From Pseudorhodoplanes sp. (GTDB taxonomy: Bacteria > Pseudomonadota > Alphaproteobacteria > Rhizobiales > Xanthobacteraceae): DNA of 64,000 nt. A program made the position numbers and the translations under genes. Below the pieces are notes generated by a model. That model saw only the letters and a list, made by a program, of their open reading frames with translations. It searched no databases and was not told the origin of the DNA. Shown piece by piece: positions 36,598-47,354 of the stretch. Location of the stretch: positions 272,783 to 336,782 of the forward strand of contig JAVSMS010000001.1 in assembly GCA_032027085.1 (NCBI GenBank), read 5' to 3'. Each line of letters opens with the position of its first letter. Within the stretch, counting starts at the first letter, position 1.

Positions 36598-37779
36598 CTA
36601 CTTCACTGTGGCCTTCACAGGATCTTTGACGGCCTCGTATGTAGCAAACTCCACGTTTTGTAATTCCCCGCCAACCTTCTCGACCTTGCGAATGTAGATA
36701 TTCTGGATAATGTCGCGCGTCTGAGGATCGATCGAGATCGGCCCGCGCGGGCTTTCCCACTTCAGCCCCCTCATCGCTTCGACGAGCGCGGCGCCGTCGG
36801 TGTTGCCATTAGTCTTCTTCAATGCCTCGTAAATGACGTGCATGCCATCGTAGCCGCCAACCGAAATGAAGTTGGGTCGCAGGCCTGGATTAGCTTTCTT
36901 GAATCCCTCGACATAGGATTTGTTCTTAGCTGAGGAATGTGCGGTCGCGTAGAGATGGGCCGTGATAACGCCGATCGCAGCGTCTCCATAGTTGGGGAGA
37001 ATGTCGTCGTCTGTTAGCGCGCCATCGCCAATCATCTTCATGCCCGCCTTATCCAAGCCGCGCTCAATAAATTGTTTCATCAATACAGCACCCGGACCGG
37101 AAGGAACAAACACGTAGATCGCATCCGGCCTGGCATCCGCTGCGCGCTGGAGGAACGGCGCGAAATCGGGATTCTGCAGCGGCACACGCAAGCTTGTGAT
37201 GATTTGGCCGCCAGCCTTCTTGTAATACTCGATGAACGACTTCTCTGAATCGTGCCCAGGCGAATAGTCGCTAACGAGCGTAACCACCTTTTTGATGCCG
37301 TTCTTGGCCGACCAATCGGCGATGGTCGCCGCGCTTTGCGCGACGGTGAAGCTGGTCCGAACGATGAACGGAGAGCGCTCGGTAACGACTGAAGCGCCCG
37401 CCACCATGACGATCTGCGGCACCTTGGCTTCGGTGGCGATTGGCGCGGTCGCCAGCGCGAGCGGCGTCAGACCGAAGCCGGCCAAGAAACTCACCTTGTC
37501 CTTGACCACGAGCTCCTGCGCCAAGCGCTTGGTAATTTCTGCGTTGCCGGTGTCGTCGCGGAGAATGAGCTCGATCTTCTTGCCGGCAACTGTTGTGCCG
37601 TGCTCGGCCATGTAAAGGCGGACCGCCGCCTCGATCTGCTTTCCGGTCGAAGTAAATGGACCGGTCATCGGCACAATGAGTCCAACCTTCACTGCGTCCT
37701 CGGCGTAAGCGCTACCGACCGCGGCGGGTAGTAGGCTGAGCGCGACTGCGAGTGTGGCTCCTGCTGCTCTCCAATGCAT
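36598..37779 (-). CDS. ABC transporter substrate-binding protein (Leu/Ile/Val-binding family)
   Basis: 393 aa with a signal peptide ending SAYAEDA, followed by VKVGLIVPMTGPFTSTGKQ. Confidence 0.8.
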   Translation of the reverse strand: MHWRAAGATLAVALSLLPAAVGSAYAEDAVKVGLIVPMTGPFTSTGKQIEAAVRLYMAEHGTTVAGKKIELILRDDTGNAEITKRLAQELVVKDKVSFLAGFGLTPLALATAPIATEAKVPQIVMVAGASVVTERSPFIVRTSFTVAQSAATIADWSAKNGIKKVVTLVSDYSPGHDSEKSFIEYYKKAGGQIITSLRVPLQNPDFAPFLQRAADARPDAIYVFVPSGPGAVLMKQFIERGLDKAGMKMIGDGALTDDDILPNYGDAAIGVITAHLYATAHSSAKNKSYVEGFKKANPGLRPNFISVGGYDGMHVIYEALKKTNGNTDGAALVEAMRGLKWESPRGPISIDPQTRDIIQNIYIRKVEKVGGELQNVEFATYEAVKDPVKATVK

Positions 37780-37935
37780 CTGGTTGCCTTCCTTTTAGAC
37801 GCAAACGTGAACAAAGCATAGAAATACTCTCAGTATACTGTCAACCTTAGTTGGTCGGAAAATATAAGGAAAATCCACCTTGATGAGAGATTATTACCAC
37901 ACTATCGTATACCAAAGGTACTTTATAAGCTAAGA

Positions 37936-38718
37936 ATGGGTGCGATGCCGACAAAGGTTGCCGCCAATAACAGACCAACTGATGAGGCCCCGCGTTCGCA
38001 AACTCTGAAGGCGGTACTCGCCTTGCGCGGGCTGATAATCGACGGGGAATTGGCGCCCGGGGGGCGGGTTGCGGAGCCTCTACTGGTCGAACGGTTTGGG
38101 GTGTCGAGGACACCGGCACGCGCCGCATTAGCCCAACTCCGTGACGAGGGCCTGCTCGAAGCCTTGCCGTCTGGCGGCTATGCGGTCAGCTCGTTCACCG
38201 AGCGGGACGTGTTCGATGCGATCGAGATTCGCGGCACTCTCGAAGGCATGGCAGCACGCTTTGCAGCGGAGCGAGGAGCGTCGCCGTTCGTTCTCGAGCA
38301 GTTGCAGAACGTGACGAACGAGCTTGAGGCGACCGTTGCGGAGTTTACCGCAACGTCAAATCCCAGCAATTATGTCCGGCTGAACGATCAGTTTCACGCA
38401 CTGCTGGTGGAAGCAAGTCAGAGCGCTATGGTGAAACGTTCGCTTGAGCGCGTGTTGAGCCTGCCGTTCGCCGCTCCGAACGCTTTCGTGAAATCCTCTC
38501 GCTCGGGATTACCAGGCGCAGCCACGATCATGGCGGTGGCGCAGGAACAACACCGAAGCATTGTTGAGGCCATCCGCAATCGTGAGGGCAAGCGTGCCGA
38601 AGGCCTTGCCATCGAGCATTCGCGATGCGCTTGGAAATACCTTCGGCTCGCCTTAGATGGCCGCGAGCCGCTCGACCAGTTTCCAGGGTTAAGCCTGATC
38701 CGCAAACATCATCTCTGA
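37936..38718 (+). CDS. GntR-family transcriptional regulator (FCD-type C-terminal domain)
   Basis: 260 aa. LLVERFGVSRTPARAALAQLRDEGLL winged helix, plus a helical C-terminal domain. Confidence 0.8.
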   Translation: MGAMPTKVAANNRPTDEAPRSQTLKAVLALRGLIIDGELAPGGRVAEPLLVERFGVSRTPARAALAQLRDEGLLEALPSGGYAVSSFTERDVFDAIEIRGTLEGMAARFAAERGASPFVLEQLQNVTNELEATVAEFTATSNPSNYVRLNDQFHALLVEASQSAMVKRSLERVLSLPFAAPNAFVKSSRSGLPGAATIMAVAQEQHRSIVEAIRNREGKRAEGLAIEHSRCAWKYLRLALDGREPLDQFPGLSLIRKHHL

Positions 38719-38778
38719 TCAGATGACACCACGATTGACCGATTCGCTATCCGCCGAACGATTGGTGCAAGGACCACA

Positions 38779-40098
38779 GTGATGAACGTAACGCCTGCAA
38801 GTCTCAGAACTACCCCAGAAGGCTATTTCAATGTTCGGTTCGGTAAGCCGGAATACACCGATTGGCTTGACGAGAGCATGTCGTGGAAGGAGACGTGCTA
38901 TATCGGAGACTGGTCGTTTCTGTGGGAACGTCGCTTCCGCGGTCCTGATGCCCTGAAACTATTTTCGGATATTTCGGTCAACAGCTTCGCTAAGTTCGAT
39001 ATCGGCCAGGCCAAGCATGTCATCCACTGCAACGAAGCTGGAAAGGTAATCCACGAAGGCATCCTCAGTCGGCTTGGAGAGGACGAATTTATGTTGTTCG
39101 GTCGCGGCGGGTTTTGGGCCGATTACAAAATGCGTCACGGCCGTTATAATGCGAGTTCCGAACAGGACGATTGGTTCAATTTTCAGGTTTCTGGGCCGAA
39201 CTCGCCGCAGGTTCTAGAGCGGGCAGCCGGCATGAGCGTGCGCGGCATTCCTTTTATGCATTTCGGTAGGATTCGGATAGGCGATTGCGAGATGCTCGCG
39301 CTACGCCAAGGCATGGCGGGCGAAATCGGCTTTGAATTGCAGGGACCCAGCAAATTCAGCCAACAGGTTTATGGCGCGATCCTGGAGGCAGGAAGCGACT
39401 TCGGGATTCGTCGCATGGGAGCTCGTGTATCCTCAATCAACCACCTTGAGGCGTGCTTCCCGACAATCGTGAGCGACTACCTTCCGGCTATGTTTGGCGA
39501 GGACATGAAAGAGTATCTGGAGGAATTCAAGACGGTAATGCCGGCCTATGCGATCACGTTCAACATCGCCGGCAGCTTCGAAGCCGACGACGTGAGTGCC
39601 TGGTATCGCAGTCCAGTCGAACTCGGTTGGGCAAGGAACATCAAATTCGACCACGATTTCATCGGCCGAAAGGCATTGGAAACCGAGGTTGCAAATCCGA
39701 AGCGCACGATGCGCACGCTTGTTTGGAACAGCGATGATGTTCTCGATGTGCACGCTTCGCTGTTCCGCAAAGGCAAGCCTTACGCCTTCATGGATATGCC
39801 GCGCGACCAGCGTGGGTTCATGTACGCCGACAAGGTGCTGCACAACGGTAGACTAGTTGGCGTCGCTACTTCGCGTGGATACAGCTATTATTTCCGGCAG
39901 ATGCTTTCGCTGTGCACGATAGACGTGGAGCATAGTGATATCGGTACCGAGGTAATCGTCATCTGGGGCGAGCCGGGCAATCCGCAGAAAGAGATCCGGG
40001 CGACGGTTGCGCCGGCACCCTATAAGACGGACAACCGACGTGCCGACCTTGCTGCCTTTGCACATGATTACCATGACATTCGATCCCGGCCTCGATAA
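38779..40098 (+). CDS. aminomethyltransferase (GcvT) family protein, LigM/DesA-like candidate tetrahydrofolate-dependent demethylase
   Basis: 439 aa. The N-terminus (FGKPEYTDWLDESMSWKETCYIGDWSF...) resembles the aromatic O-demethylase branch of the GcvT family as I recall it. The substrate is not inferable. Confidence 0.55.
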   Translation: MMNVTPASLRTTPEGYFNVRFGKPEYTDWLDESMSWKETCYIGDWSFLWERRFRGPDALKLFSDISVNSFAKFDIGQAKHVIHCNEAGKVIHEGILSRLGEDEFMLFGRGGFWADYKMRHGRYNASSEQDDWFNFQVSGPNSPQVLERAAGMSVRGIPFMHFGRIRIGDCEMLALRQGMAGEIGFELQGPSKFSQQVYGAILEAGSDFGIRRMGARVSSINHLEACFPTIVSDYLPAMFGEDMKEYLEEFKTVMPAYAITFNIAGSFEADDVSAWYRSPVELGWARNIKFDHDFIGRKALETEVANPKRTMRTLVWNSDDVLDVHASLFRKGKPYAFMDMPRDQRGFMYADKVLHNGRLVGVATSRGYSYYFRQMLSLCTIDVEHSDIGTEVIVIWGEPGNPQKEIRATVAPAPYKTDNRRADLAAFAHDYHDIRSRPR

Positions 40099-40167
40099 CT
40101 GAGTCGTCGTCGCGCTTGTCAAATGCTTGATCTCGTGATGATAGACCGGTATCAGACCTATTCACTG

Positions 40168-40332
40168 TTAAGTGTATCCGTTTTGCCATGGAGAGCGCGG
40201 CGATGACCGCCAAGAGGTCGCGACTTTCAACGCCAGTACGATTTGAGCCCGGCGCGTGCCAGCAACAATGATGTCCAGCTCCACGTTCATCAACGCATCG
40301 CATCGATCGATGGCGCTGAAGATGAATTTGTC
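40168..40332 (-). pseudogene. integrase-core (rve, IS3-like) transposase C-terminal remnant
   Basis: The minus-strand translation ends ...LKVATSWRSSPRSPWQNGYT*, resembling the conserved ...PGSPWQNGY... block of IS3-type OrfB. No intact ORF surrounds it. Confidence 0.4.
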
Positions 40333-40551
40333 AGGAGCAGTTCGCCGGAGACACTATTTGCTACCGCATCGTCTAGATCTCTACCTCAATCGCTGATCGC
40401 GATCGGACCAGAACGACCACCATCCGACCATAAGCCTGCAAAGCCCCCTCATCCCGCAATAGCGTCACTGATTCGCCGCTATCCCGCCGGCCGGATAGAC
40501 TTGCGACACGGACAGCTCTTTAGGCGCCGCTACTACAAATCGACGCGAGAA

Positions 40552-41241
40552 TCACATATCTTCGAAGAACGCTTTTCGTATCTCCTCAAAAGCCTTATAT
40601 TCGGGCCCTTTGTACGGCACATCGACGGTCATCGTTTCGTACGCCTTTACGAACATGTTGCCATACGGTGCGCCGCAATAATGCGCGGGCCGCACTCTCT
40701 CCCAGTCGATGTAACCTTTCGCATTAAGGCAGCCTGCGTCGGCTGATGCCGCAACCAATCTACCACAAACCATCAATCGGCCGCCGGCCCATTCTTTTGT
40801 CCATTCGACTTTGCATTCGAAATGCCGGGGGCATTCAACAATCCGTGGGGCGCGCATCACCTCGGCTGGGGTGGCAGTCAGGCCGGCCTTTTCGATCTCG
40901 CTCGTTCCAGCAGCAAACGGCAAGCCGACAACCATAACCTGCTCCAGTATCGCGCGGTCAAATGTTGGTAAATTGACAGTGAATTCGCCTGTCTCCAATA
41001 CGTTGTCGCAAGTATTATTCCCGATCGTAGTCGTAAAGGCGATATAGACTGGGTTGTGGTTGACCCGCGTACAAGTTCCGAACGCCGCCGCATTGACGCG
41101 ACCTTGCCCGTCAACCGTCGTAATGATCGCAAGACACGATGATGGGGCAAATGCGCGATCCCAATATTTCTCCGGCAAGCTAACTTTATCTTGTACTACC
41201 GCACTTTCGTTCCGTGTACTCATTTCCTCACTCTTCTGCAA
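40552..41241 (-). CDS. flavin reductase family protein
   Basis: 229 aa. LAIITTVDGQGRVNAAAFGTCTRVNHNPVYIAFTT is a split-barrel FMN-binding pattern. Confidence 0.7.
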   Translation of the reverse strand: MQKSEEMSTRNESAVVQDKVSLPEKYWDRAFAPSSCLAIITTVDGQGRVNAAAFGTCTRVNHNPVYIAFTTTIGNNTCDNVLETGEFTVNLPTFDRAILEQVMVVGLPFAAGTSEIEKAGLTATPAEVMRAPRIVECPRHFECKVEWTKEWAGGRLMVCGRLVAASADAGCLNAKGYIDWERVRPAHYCGAPYGNMFVKAYETMTVDVPYKGPEYKAFEEIRKAFFEDM

Positions 41242-42166
41242 TCATATGATTGACAAGTGCGCCGCAACCGCCGACCTCGATTTTAACTTCATCGCCTACT
41301 TTCAAGAACTCGCCGCGTGGCAGCCCGACGCCAGCCGGCGTGCCGGTTGCGATTACGTCACCTGGCTGCAACGTGATATGGCGACTGAGATAGGCAATCT
41401 GCTCACGCATGCTGTGAACAAGCTTAGAGGTACTAGAATTTTGCTTGAGAACACCATTCACCCAAAGCTTGATCGACATATCTTCCGGGTTGTCGACATA
41501 AGCTTTCGGTGTGAGCCAAGGCCCCATCGGCGCCCCATCATCGAAGCATTTCTGACCGATCCAGTCATAGACAAACACTGATCCATCGCGCTTCATCAGA
41601 TCACGCGCTGACAAATCGTTCACAATAACGAAACCGGCGACCGCGTCCATCGCTTTGGTCTCGGTGATATTTCGTGTTTTCCGGCCGATTACAACACCGA
41701 CCTCCGCTTCCCAATCAAGCTGTTTGGTGAAATTTGGGATGCGCGCGGGTTCTCCGCTACCGATAATCGAGCCGGCGCAGGTTTTCAGGAAGAACCACGG
41801 TTCGGCAGCCTTCGTCATATCCGGCTTTTTGCCAGTGGTCTTCATCGCGATTTCCGACATTTCCTCAAGATGGTCCCAGTAATTCGCGCCGGCGCAGAAC
41901 AGCGCGCCTGGATAGAGAATTGGTGCCATCAGCTTCACGTCGGACAGCTTTATGCCCTGTTCCGCATTTATGGCCTTCGCCGCGCGATCAAGCGCCGCGT
42001 GTATTTCATCCCACTGCTGCAACATGCCCAACACGGACATATCATACAGCGTCACGCCCTCTAACAAGGCTGAAGGAGCATGGATTCGATCGTTAATGAG
42101 AACGCCGGACGTTGTCTGTCCGTTCTCCTCGAGATAACTGATGAGTCGATAACCACGTTCGAGCAC
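41228..42166 (-). CDS. fumarylacetoacetate hydrolase (FAH) family protein
   Basis: 312 aa. EAEVGVVIGRKTRN...FVIVNDLSARD...GDVIATGTPAGVG. Confidence 0.8.
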   Translation of the reverse strand: MLERGYRLISYLEENGQTTSGVLINDRIHAPSALLEGVTLYDMSVLGMLQQWDEIHAALDRAAKAINAEQGIKLSDVKLMAPILYPGALFCAGANYWDHLEEMSEIAMKTTGKKPDMTKAAEPWFFLKTCAGSIIGSGEPARIPNFTKQLDWEAEVGVVIGRKTRNITETKAMDAVAGFVIVNDLSARDLMKRDGSVFVYDWIGQKCFDDGAPMGPWLTPKAYVDNPEDMSIKLWVNGVLKQNSSTSKLVHSMREQIAYLSRHITLQPGDVIATGTPAGVGLPRGEFLKVGDEVKIEVGGCGALVNHMIAEE

Positions 42167-42304
42167 GAGCGATCTCCGGTTGCAGTATTCTGTTGGGAGA
42201 AGCAGTCGCGAAACCGCGACTGCCGTTTTTCTGGTCCTCGTTAAAACGAGGCGACAACACCTATGCCGCTTGCAATCATCGCCATGAATCTCCTGCGTCC
42301 AGGA

Positions 42305-43666
42305 TCACGGCGCGAGTTGTTCCAGTGGCCGACCCCGTGTTTCGATGGTGGCGAAAAGGATCACAAGTCCTCCCACCACGCCTACCAAAGCAAACATCAA
42401 AAAAACAGAATTCAGATCACTGACACCAAGGATCCAGCCAACCATCGACGGTCCGACGATTGCACCGATTCGGAGCCAAGCGCTCGCAACGCCAGCACCT
42501 AGCGCACGCATCCGGGTCGGATACAATTCCGGAACATAGAGGTAGAGCCCGCTCAGTAGCATCGAGATAAAATACAGCCCAATGCCAGCCAGCGTGACGA
42601 CGTAGAGGGTGGCGATAGGCAACGGCGTCCACCAGAGAACTGCCAGAGGAATTGCGCTTCCGAAGAAACCCAACATGAATGTCGGCCTTCGGCCAATCAG
42701 ATCGACCAGGAAAGCTCCACTCAGAACACCCAGCAAGCTCGCCACGCTACCGACAAGTCCATATTGGAGAGCTTCGCTAACTGGCAGTTTCAACACTGTC
42801 CGATAGATAGTTGGCATCCACGTCAACAGTCCATATCCTACGATCGAGGTGCAGAACATCAGAATCCAGAGCGCAATCGTACGTCCTAAATACTGACCCT
42901 GGAAAAGGCTGGCCATGTTGGCCTCGCCAGCGACGATCGGTGGAATTTTCTCCGGTATGGCCGGCAGTAACGTCTTTCCGTTGCTGGTTACTTCCGCTTC
43001 GACCTTATCCAGAACCTGGTCAGCCTCTTGCAATCGCCCCTTGCTGGCAAGCCAGCGCGGCGATTCCGGCATCAACCGTCGTAGGAAGATAGCTAGCAAA
43101 GCTGGTACGGCCCCAATATAAAACATCCATTGCCAGCCAAGGTTAGGGACTATCCAGATGCTAATAAGAGACGTGACCACGATGCCGATCGCAAATGCCG
43201 ACTGCAGCAACAGGACAATTCGTCCACGAAAACGGGCGGCCGAAACTTCATTCATGTAAGTTGCAGCAACCGGTACTTCGCCACCGAGGCCAAGGCCTTG
43301 GATCGTTCGGAAAATGAAAAATGACAGGTAGTTCCAGGAAAAGGCACAGGCCAAGCTGAATGCTGAGATAACCACCACAGTCCAGCGCAAGGCAGTTCGG
43401 CGGCCGTATTTCTCAGCCATCCAGCCAAACCCCACGGCCCCTAGCATTTGCCCGACGTACCCAGCGGAGATCAAAAATCCGATTTCAGCAGGAGCAATCT
43501 GCCATAGACCAACGAGTACCGGGAGAACAAAGGCAATCGCAAGCGAGTCAAAAGCATCCGAAAAGTGGGCGACGCCAGCAATAGACATCATCCGCACGTG
43601 CCATTTCGAAAGCGGTAGACGCTCGACGCGAGCTGATATCAGCTCTTGAGAATTCTGTTGTGTCAT
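42305..43666 (-). CDS. MFS transporter (aromatic acid / metabolite:H+ symporter type)
   Basis: Start at MTQQNSQ (GGAGG upstream). GRRTALRW loop motif and FRTIQGLGLGGEVPVAATYMNEVSAARFRGR. Twelve predicted TM segments by eye. Confidence 0.8.
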   Translation of the reverse strand: MTQQNSQELISARVERLPLSKWHVRMMSIAGVAHFSDAFDSLAIAFVLPVLVGLWQIAPAEIGFLISAGYVGQMLGAVGFGWMAEKYGRRTALRWTVVVISAFSLACAFSWNYLSFFIFRTIQGLGLGGEVPVAATYMNEVSAARFRGRIVLLLQSAFAIGIVVTSLISIWIVPNLGWQWMFYIGAVPALLAIFLRRLMPESPRWLASKGRLQEADQVLDKVEAEVTSNGKTLLPAIPEKIPPIVAGEANMASLFQGQYLGRTIALWILMFCTSIVGYGLLTWMPTIYRTVLKLPVSEALQYGLVGSVASLLGVLSGAFLVDLIGRRPTFMLGFFGSAIPLAVLWWTPLPIATLYVVTLAGIGLYFISMLLSGLYLYVPELYPTRMRALGAGVASAWLRIGAIVGPSMVGWILGVSDLNSVFLMFALVGVVGGLVILFATIETRGRPLEQLAP

Positions 43667-43718
43667 ACTCAACTTTTCCTCCCCTTTTTGCGCAAAAGCG
43701 CTCCTCACATTCTAGTCT

Positions 43719-45146
43719 CTAATTTAATTTTCGATTGTTAGGTGCGTGATGTTTCGCGATAGCATGAGCAGCACACCACCCAAATGTCAGCGCCTTGCTC
43801 AATCCACCCGTATAGCCCACGGATGGACCACCCTCGTGGCCGCCAGTAGTAGAGCCAGCCGCAAATAGATTCCTTATCACACCACCTGCCTGATGCTTAA
43901 CGCGCGCCTTACCGTCGATCGCAATTCCTCCCATTGTATAGGTGACACCAGCAACCGCTTGGGTTGCAAAGAAAGGAGAATTTACGATTTGTATGGGCTT
44001 GTGCAGGTGAGATGAACGTTCTGGACTCAAAAGTTGCGTCCTCTCTGCTAAGACAGATGCATTGTATTCAGCAATGGTATCTGACAGCGAATTGATTGGA
44101 AGGTTTGCAGCTAACGCCAAGTCATGAAGCGTTTCACCGCGATAAACCTTGGCACCGCACATGGCCAACAACGGGTTTGCCGGCAAAGGGAAATCTCGAG
44201 CGCGGCCATTCCAAATATACCGATCAAAGATGACGACGGCCCCAAGGGGGTCTGTTTGACGCGCCATTACATTAGCAACGTACACCCCGCCTAAACCTTC
44301 GTCGACGAAGCGCTTGCCTTCAGCGTTAACGAGAATGCCAGCGCTAATGAGATGATCGAGCGTTGGATAAGGCCACAGGCGCGGATTGTGTAGAGCGTCA
44401 GCAGACTGTACGTGACCATAGAAATTGTTTGTTTCAATCGTCGCCGCCCCGACCTCGAGGGCCATCCTCATGCCATCACCGACCGCGGTCCCCGCGCTTC
44501 GCATAAGCACACGGTCCGAGCGTTCTGTGATGAACTCACGAATAAGCTCAGCAGAGTTTTGAAACCCTCCATCTGCGATCAAAACGGCTTCGGCCAAGAA
44601 TTCGACGCGGCCCTTCGCGGTATCCGCGATGACTCCACAGCACTGATCAGCACACATAATAAGTCGTCTTGCTCTGGCTGCTCGGATTAACCTTCCACCG
44701 TTCGCTATCAGGAGAGCTTCGAGCCGTCGCAACATCTGGTCTGGGCCGCGCCCGGGCCAGCGCAGCCCCGCTCCGATAGCAGCCGGCGGAGTGAGCATCG
44801 CAGCCATACCTGGTCGCCAATTGCCGGGGATAACCCGTATACCCAGACTACGGAGCCAGTTGAGTGCGCGTCCCACATTCTGAACGAAAGTCTCGACGAG
44901 TTCAGGATCGGCTGTATTCAACGTTACGGCATTAATTCCCCGACGAAGTTCCTCCTCGCTTTGCCCAATATCGCGAAACGCTACATTGAAGAAACCCATC
45001 GCGATCCTGCTGTTGCAGAGATATCGATCCTCAGCGCCGGCCTCGAGCACGATTACGTTCAAGCCAAGTTCAGATGACCTTACTGCTGCTGCAAGGCCTG
45101 CCAGACCGCCACCGACCACAACAAGATCAACAGGCGCCGTGCTCAT
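43719..45146 (-). CDS. FAD-dependent oxidoreductase (fumarate reductase / succinate dehydrogenase flavoprotein-like)
   Basis: Start at MSTAPVDLVVVGGGLAGLAAA (dinucleotide-binding GxGxxG). C-terminal FAAGSTTGG. ATGA overlap with the upstream small ORF. Confidence 0.75.
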   Translation of the reverse strand: MSTAPVDLVVVGGGLAGLAAAVRSSELGLNVIVLEAGAEDRYLCNSRIAMGFFNVAFRDIGQSEEELRRGINAVTLNTADPELVETFVQNVGRALNWLRSLGIRVIPGNWRPGMAAMLTPPAAIGAGLRWPGRGPDQMLRRLEALLIANGGRLIRAARARRLIMCADQCCGVIADTAKGRVEFLAEAVLIADGGFQNSAELIREFITERSDRVLMRSAGTAVGDGMRMALEVGAATIETNNFYGHVQSADALHNPRLWPYPTLDHLISAGILVNAEGKRFVDEGLGGVYVANVMARQTDPLGAVVIFDRYIWNGRARDFPLPANPLLAMCGAKVYRGETLHDLALAANLPINSLSDTIAEYNASVLAERTQLLSPERSSHLHKPIQIVNSPFFATQAVAGVTYTMGGIAIDGKARVKHQAGGVIRNLFAAGSTTGGHEGGPSVGYTGGLSKALTFGWCAAHAIAKHHAPNNRKLN

Positions 45147-45421
45147 TTTGGAATCATGGTGTCGACGATGAGATGAACGAGTTCGGCGACGCAGTTCATC
45201 ATCAAATAGGTGAACCCCGCCAATACGAAGCTTATAGGGATCCAAGCTGCTCCATATCCAAAGCCCCAAAGCAGAAATCCCGCAACTAGAACAACGCCGG
45301 TGAGCAAAATAGCGACTGATGCTCCGTAGCGCGCAATGAATTGCAACGTCCTGTAGGGTGGGACGGCTACAGGTAGTGCAAGCGGGTACCTTTCACTATC
45401 ATCCAACATTGCGAACTCCAA
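45143..45421 (-). CDS. small hydrophobic protein (two predicted TM helices)
   Basis: 92 aa, translationally coupled to the FAD oxidoreductase gene and 26 nt downstream of the hydantoinase B gene. No recognisable family. Confidence 0.4.
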   Translation of the reverse strand: MEFAMLDDSERYPLALPVAVPPYRTLQFIARYGASVAILLTGVVLVAGFLLWGFGYGAAWIPISFVLAGFTYLMMNCVAELVHLIVDTMIPK

Positions 45422-45446
45422 TGCATCAGCGCCTCATGAGAAATCG

Positions 45447-47354
45447 CTATCCAACTTCAACTGCTTCAAATCCGCGCGGCATGTGCCACCGGCCGCAGCA
45501 AGACGGTAGCAGACAACGGACAGCCAAATGACCGGGCGGCATGGTCTCCAGCTGCTTGCGCTCAATGCGGCGTGGAGCTTCGCTTTGTTGACTAACGCGC
45601 CTTCGATGCACCTCGACCAATTGCGCACGCTGTCGCTGCGTAGCTACCGCGTCGATCGAAAGCGTTTCGGGATCAAGAACGACGCCGTAATAATCACGCG
45701 CTGCAGCCACTGAAACATAGCCTTGGCGGACGTCGTCCTGCACCCGCTCCGCGGGCCGCTCCAGCGGTGATCCAAACCCGCCACCGCCGCCAGAGCGAAG
45801 AATATAGGCATCGCCTGTTTTGACCTTGGCCCGGAACACCTTGGCATTAGGCACGTCGTCGTGAACGACGCCGTCCCGCCGCAGCAGCATCTCATTTCCG
45901 GTACCTTCAAGGCCACCCTCGAGACCCCAAGGCAGACAAACCGCGCGCTCGATGCTGGTGTTCACATTGAAGTCCGAAAGTGCCTCGACGACGGTTTCGA
46001 CGCCAAGGCCGCCCCTATACCGTCCCGGCCCCCCTGAATCGGTGATCAGCGAAAGGCTTTCCACCATGACCGGATATTTTGCCTCGAACTGCTCATTTGG
46101 GCTGTTATGCGTATCGCCATCATTGATGCAGACGGTTGCTGAAACACCATCCTCGCCACGTTTTGCACCCCAGCCGCCGCCAAGTGGTCCAAAGGCGGTG
46201 ATGAACAGCTTGCCACTGTCGGAATAAAAACCGTCAAGCAACGCAACGCAAAGATCAGCATGATGACCGGCAATGACCTGGTCGGGGATCGCGTTGGACA
46301 AAGCCTTGAAGATCGTGTCGACAACGGTCATCGGGAACGTCATCCACCATCGCATCGGTGCCGGCCGCACGGCACTGACAATACTGCCTGGCGGCAACAC
46401 CACTTTCAAATTACGAAACGAACCATCGTTGACCGGGTAATCTGTCGGGGATGTAACACATTTGAACGCAACCTGCGCGCAAGCAATGCCCGTAGTCGGG
46501 CCAGAATTATAGAACCCGCGTACTTGCTTAGCGACATCAGTCAGGTCCACCGTCATCTCGTCGCCGGAAACGATCACCTTCACACGGATGGGAATGCGTT
46601 TGGTAACATCCACCGCGTCATCATCCATAAAGCTTTCCGCTTCGTACACGCCATCGGGAATGGCGAGAGTACGCTCGCGCGCGGCCACCTCAGCGTGATC
46701 CATGAGCACCTGAATGCAGTCAAGCACAGGTTGCTGACCATAGCGATCTATCAACTCAAGGAAACGCCGCTCTCCGGTCTTGATCGCCGTGACCTGCGCG
46801 CGCAGATCGCCCATCGCACGTTCGGACAACCGCACATTCATCTTGATAATGTCATGTACATCCTGGTTGAGCACGCCGGCGCGCATATATTTTACGATCG
46901 GAATCTGTAGTCCCTCAGAGTAAATGTCCGTCGTCACCCCACCCAGTGTTCCACCCACGTCTGGCCAATGCGCCATACAGCATGAAAAGCCAACTAGCTG
47001 ACCTTCATGAAAAATCGGTACCGTGAACGTAAGATGGTTCAGGTGGCTGCCGGTAATATAGGCATCATTGGTCAACAGAATGTCGCCTGGCTCAAAGCCG
47101 TCGGCGCCGAAATGCCGGATCTTGGCCTTCACGGTTTCCGACATGCCACGAATGAACATCGGAAGCCCAAGGCCGATCGAAACAGTGTCGCCGTCCTTGG
47201 TGAATAGTCCAACTGTAAAGTCCAGCGCCTCGTAAATGATCATGTTATAGGCGGTACGCATGAGGTTGACCTTCATCTCTTCGGTCACCGCCATCACGCC
47301 GTTACGCACGATCTCCACGAGAACAGGATCGGTAGCGAGCTTACGGTCATTCAT
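45447..47354 (-). CDS. hyuB: hydantoinase B / oxoprolinase family protein
   Basis: 635 aa. DPVLVEIVRNGVMAVTEEMKVNLMRTAYNMIIYEALDFTVGLF is the typical HyuB N-terminus. Its start overlaps the hyuA stop. Confidence 0.85.
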   Translation of the reverse strand: MNDRKLATDPVLVEIVRNGVMAVTEEMKVNLMRTAYNMIIYEALDFTVGLFTKDGDTVSIGLGLPMFIRGMSETVKAKIRHFGADGFEPGDILLTNDAYITGSHLNHLTFTVPIFHEGQLVGFSCCMAHWPDVGGTLGGVTTDIYSEGLQIPIVKYMRAGVLNQDVHDIIKMNVRLSERAMGDLRAQVTAIKTGERRFLELIDRYGQQPVLDCIQVLMDHAEVAARERTLAIPDGVYEAESFMDDDAVDVTKRIPIRVKVIVSGDEMTVDLTDVAKQVRGFYNSGPTTGIACAQVAFKCVTSPTDYPVNDGSFRNLKVVLPPGSIVSAVRPAPMRWWMTFPMTVVDTIFKALSNAIPDQVIAGHHADLCVALLDGFYSDSGKLFITAFGPLGGGWGAKRGEDGVSATVCINDGDTHNSPNEQFEAKYPVMVESLSLITDSGGPGRYRGGLGVETVVEALSDFNVNTSIERAVCLPWGLEGGLEGTGNEMLLRRDGVVHDDVPNAKVFRAKVKTGDAYILRSGGGGGFGSPLERPAERVQDDVRQGYVSVAAARDYYGVVLDPETLSIDAVATQRQRAQLVEVHRRRVSQQSEAPRRIERKQLETMPPGHLAVRCLLPSCCGRWHMPRGFEAVEVG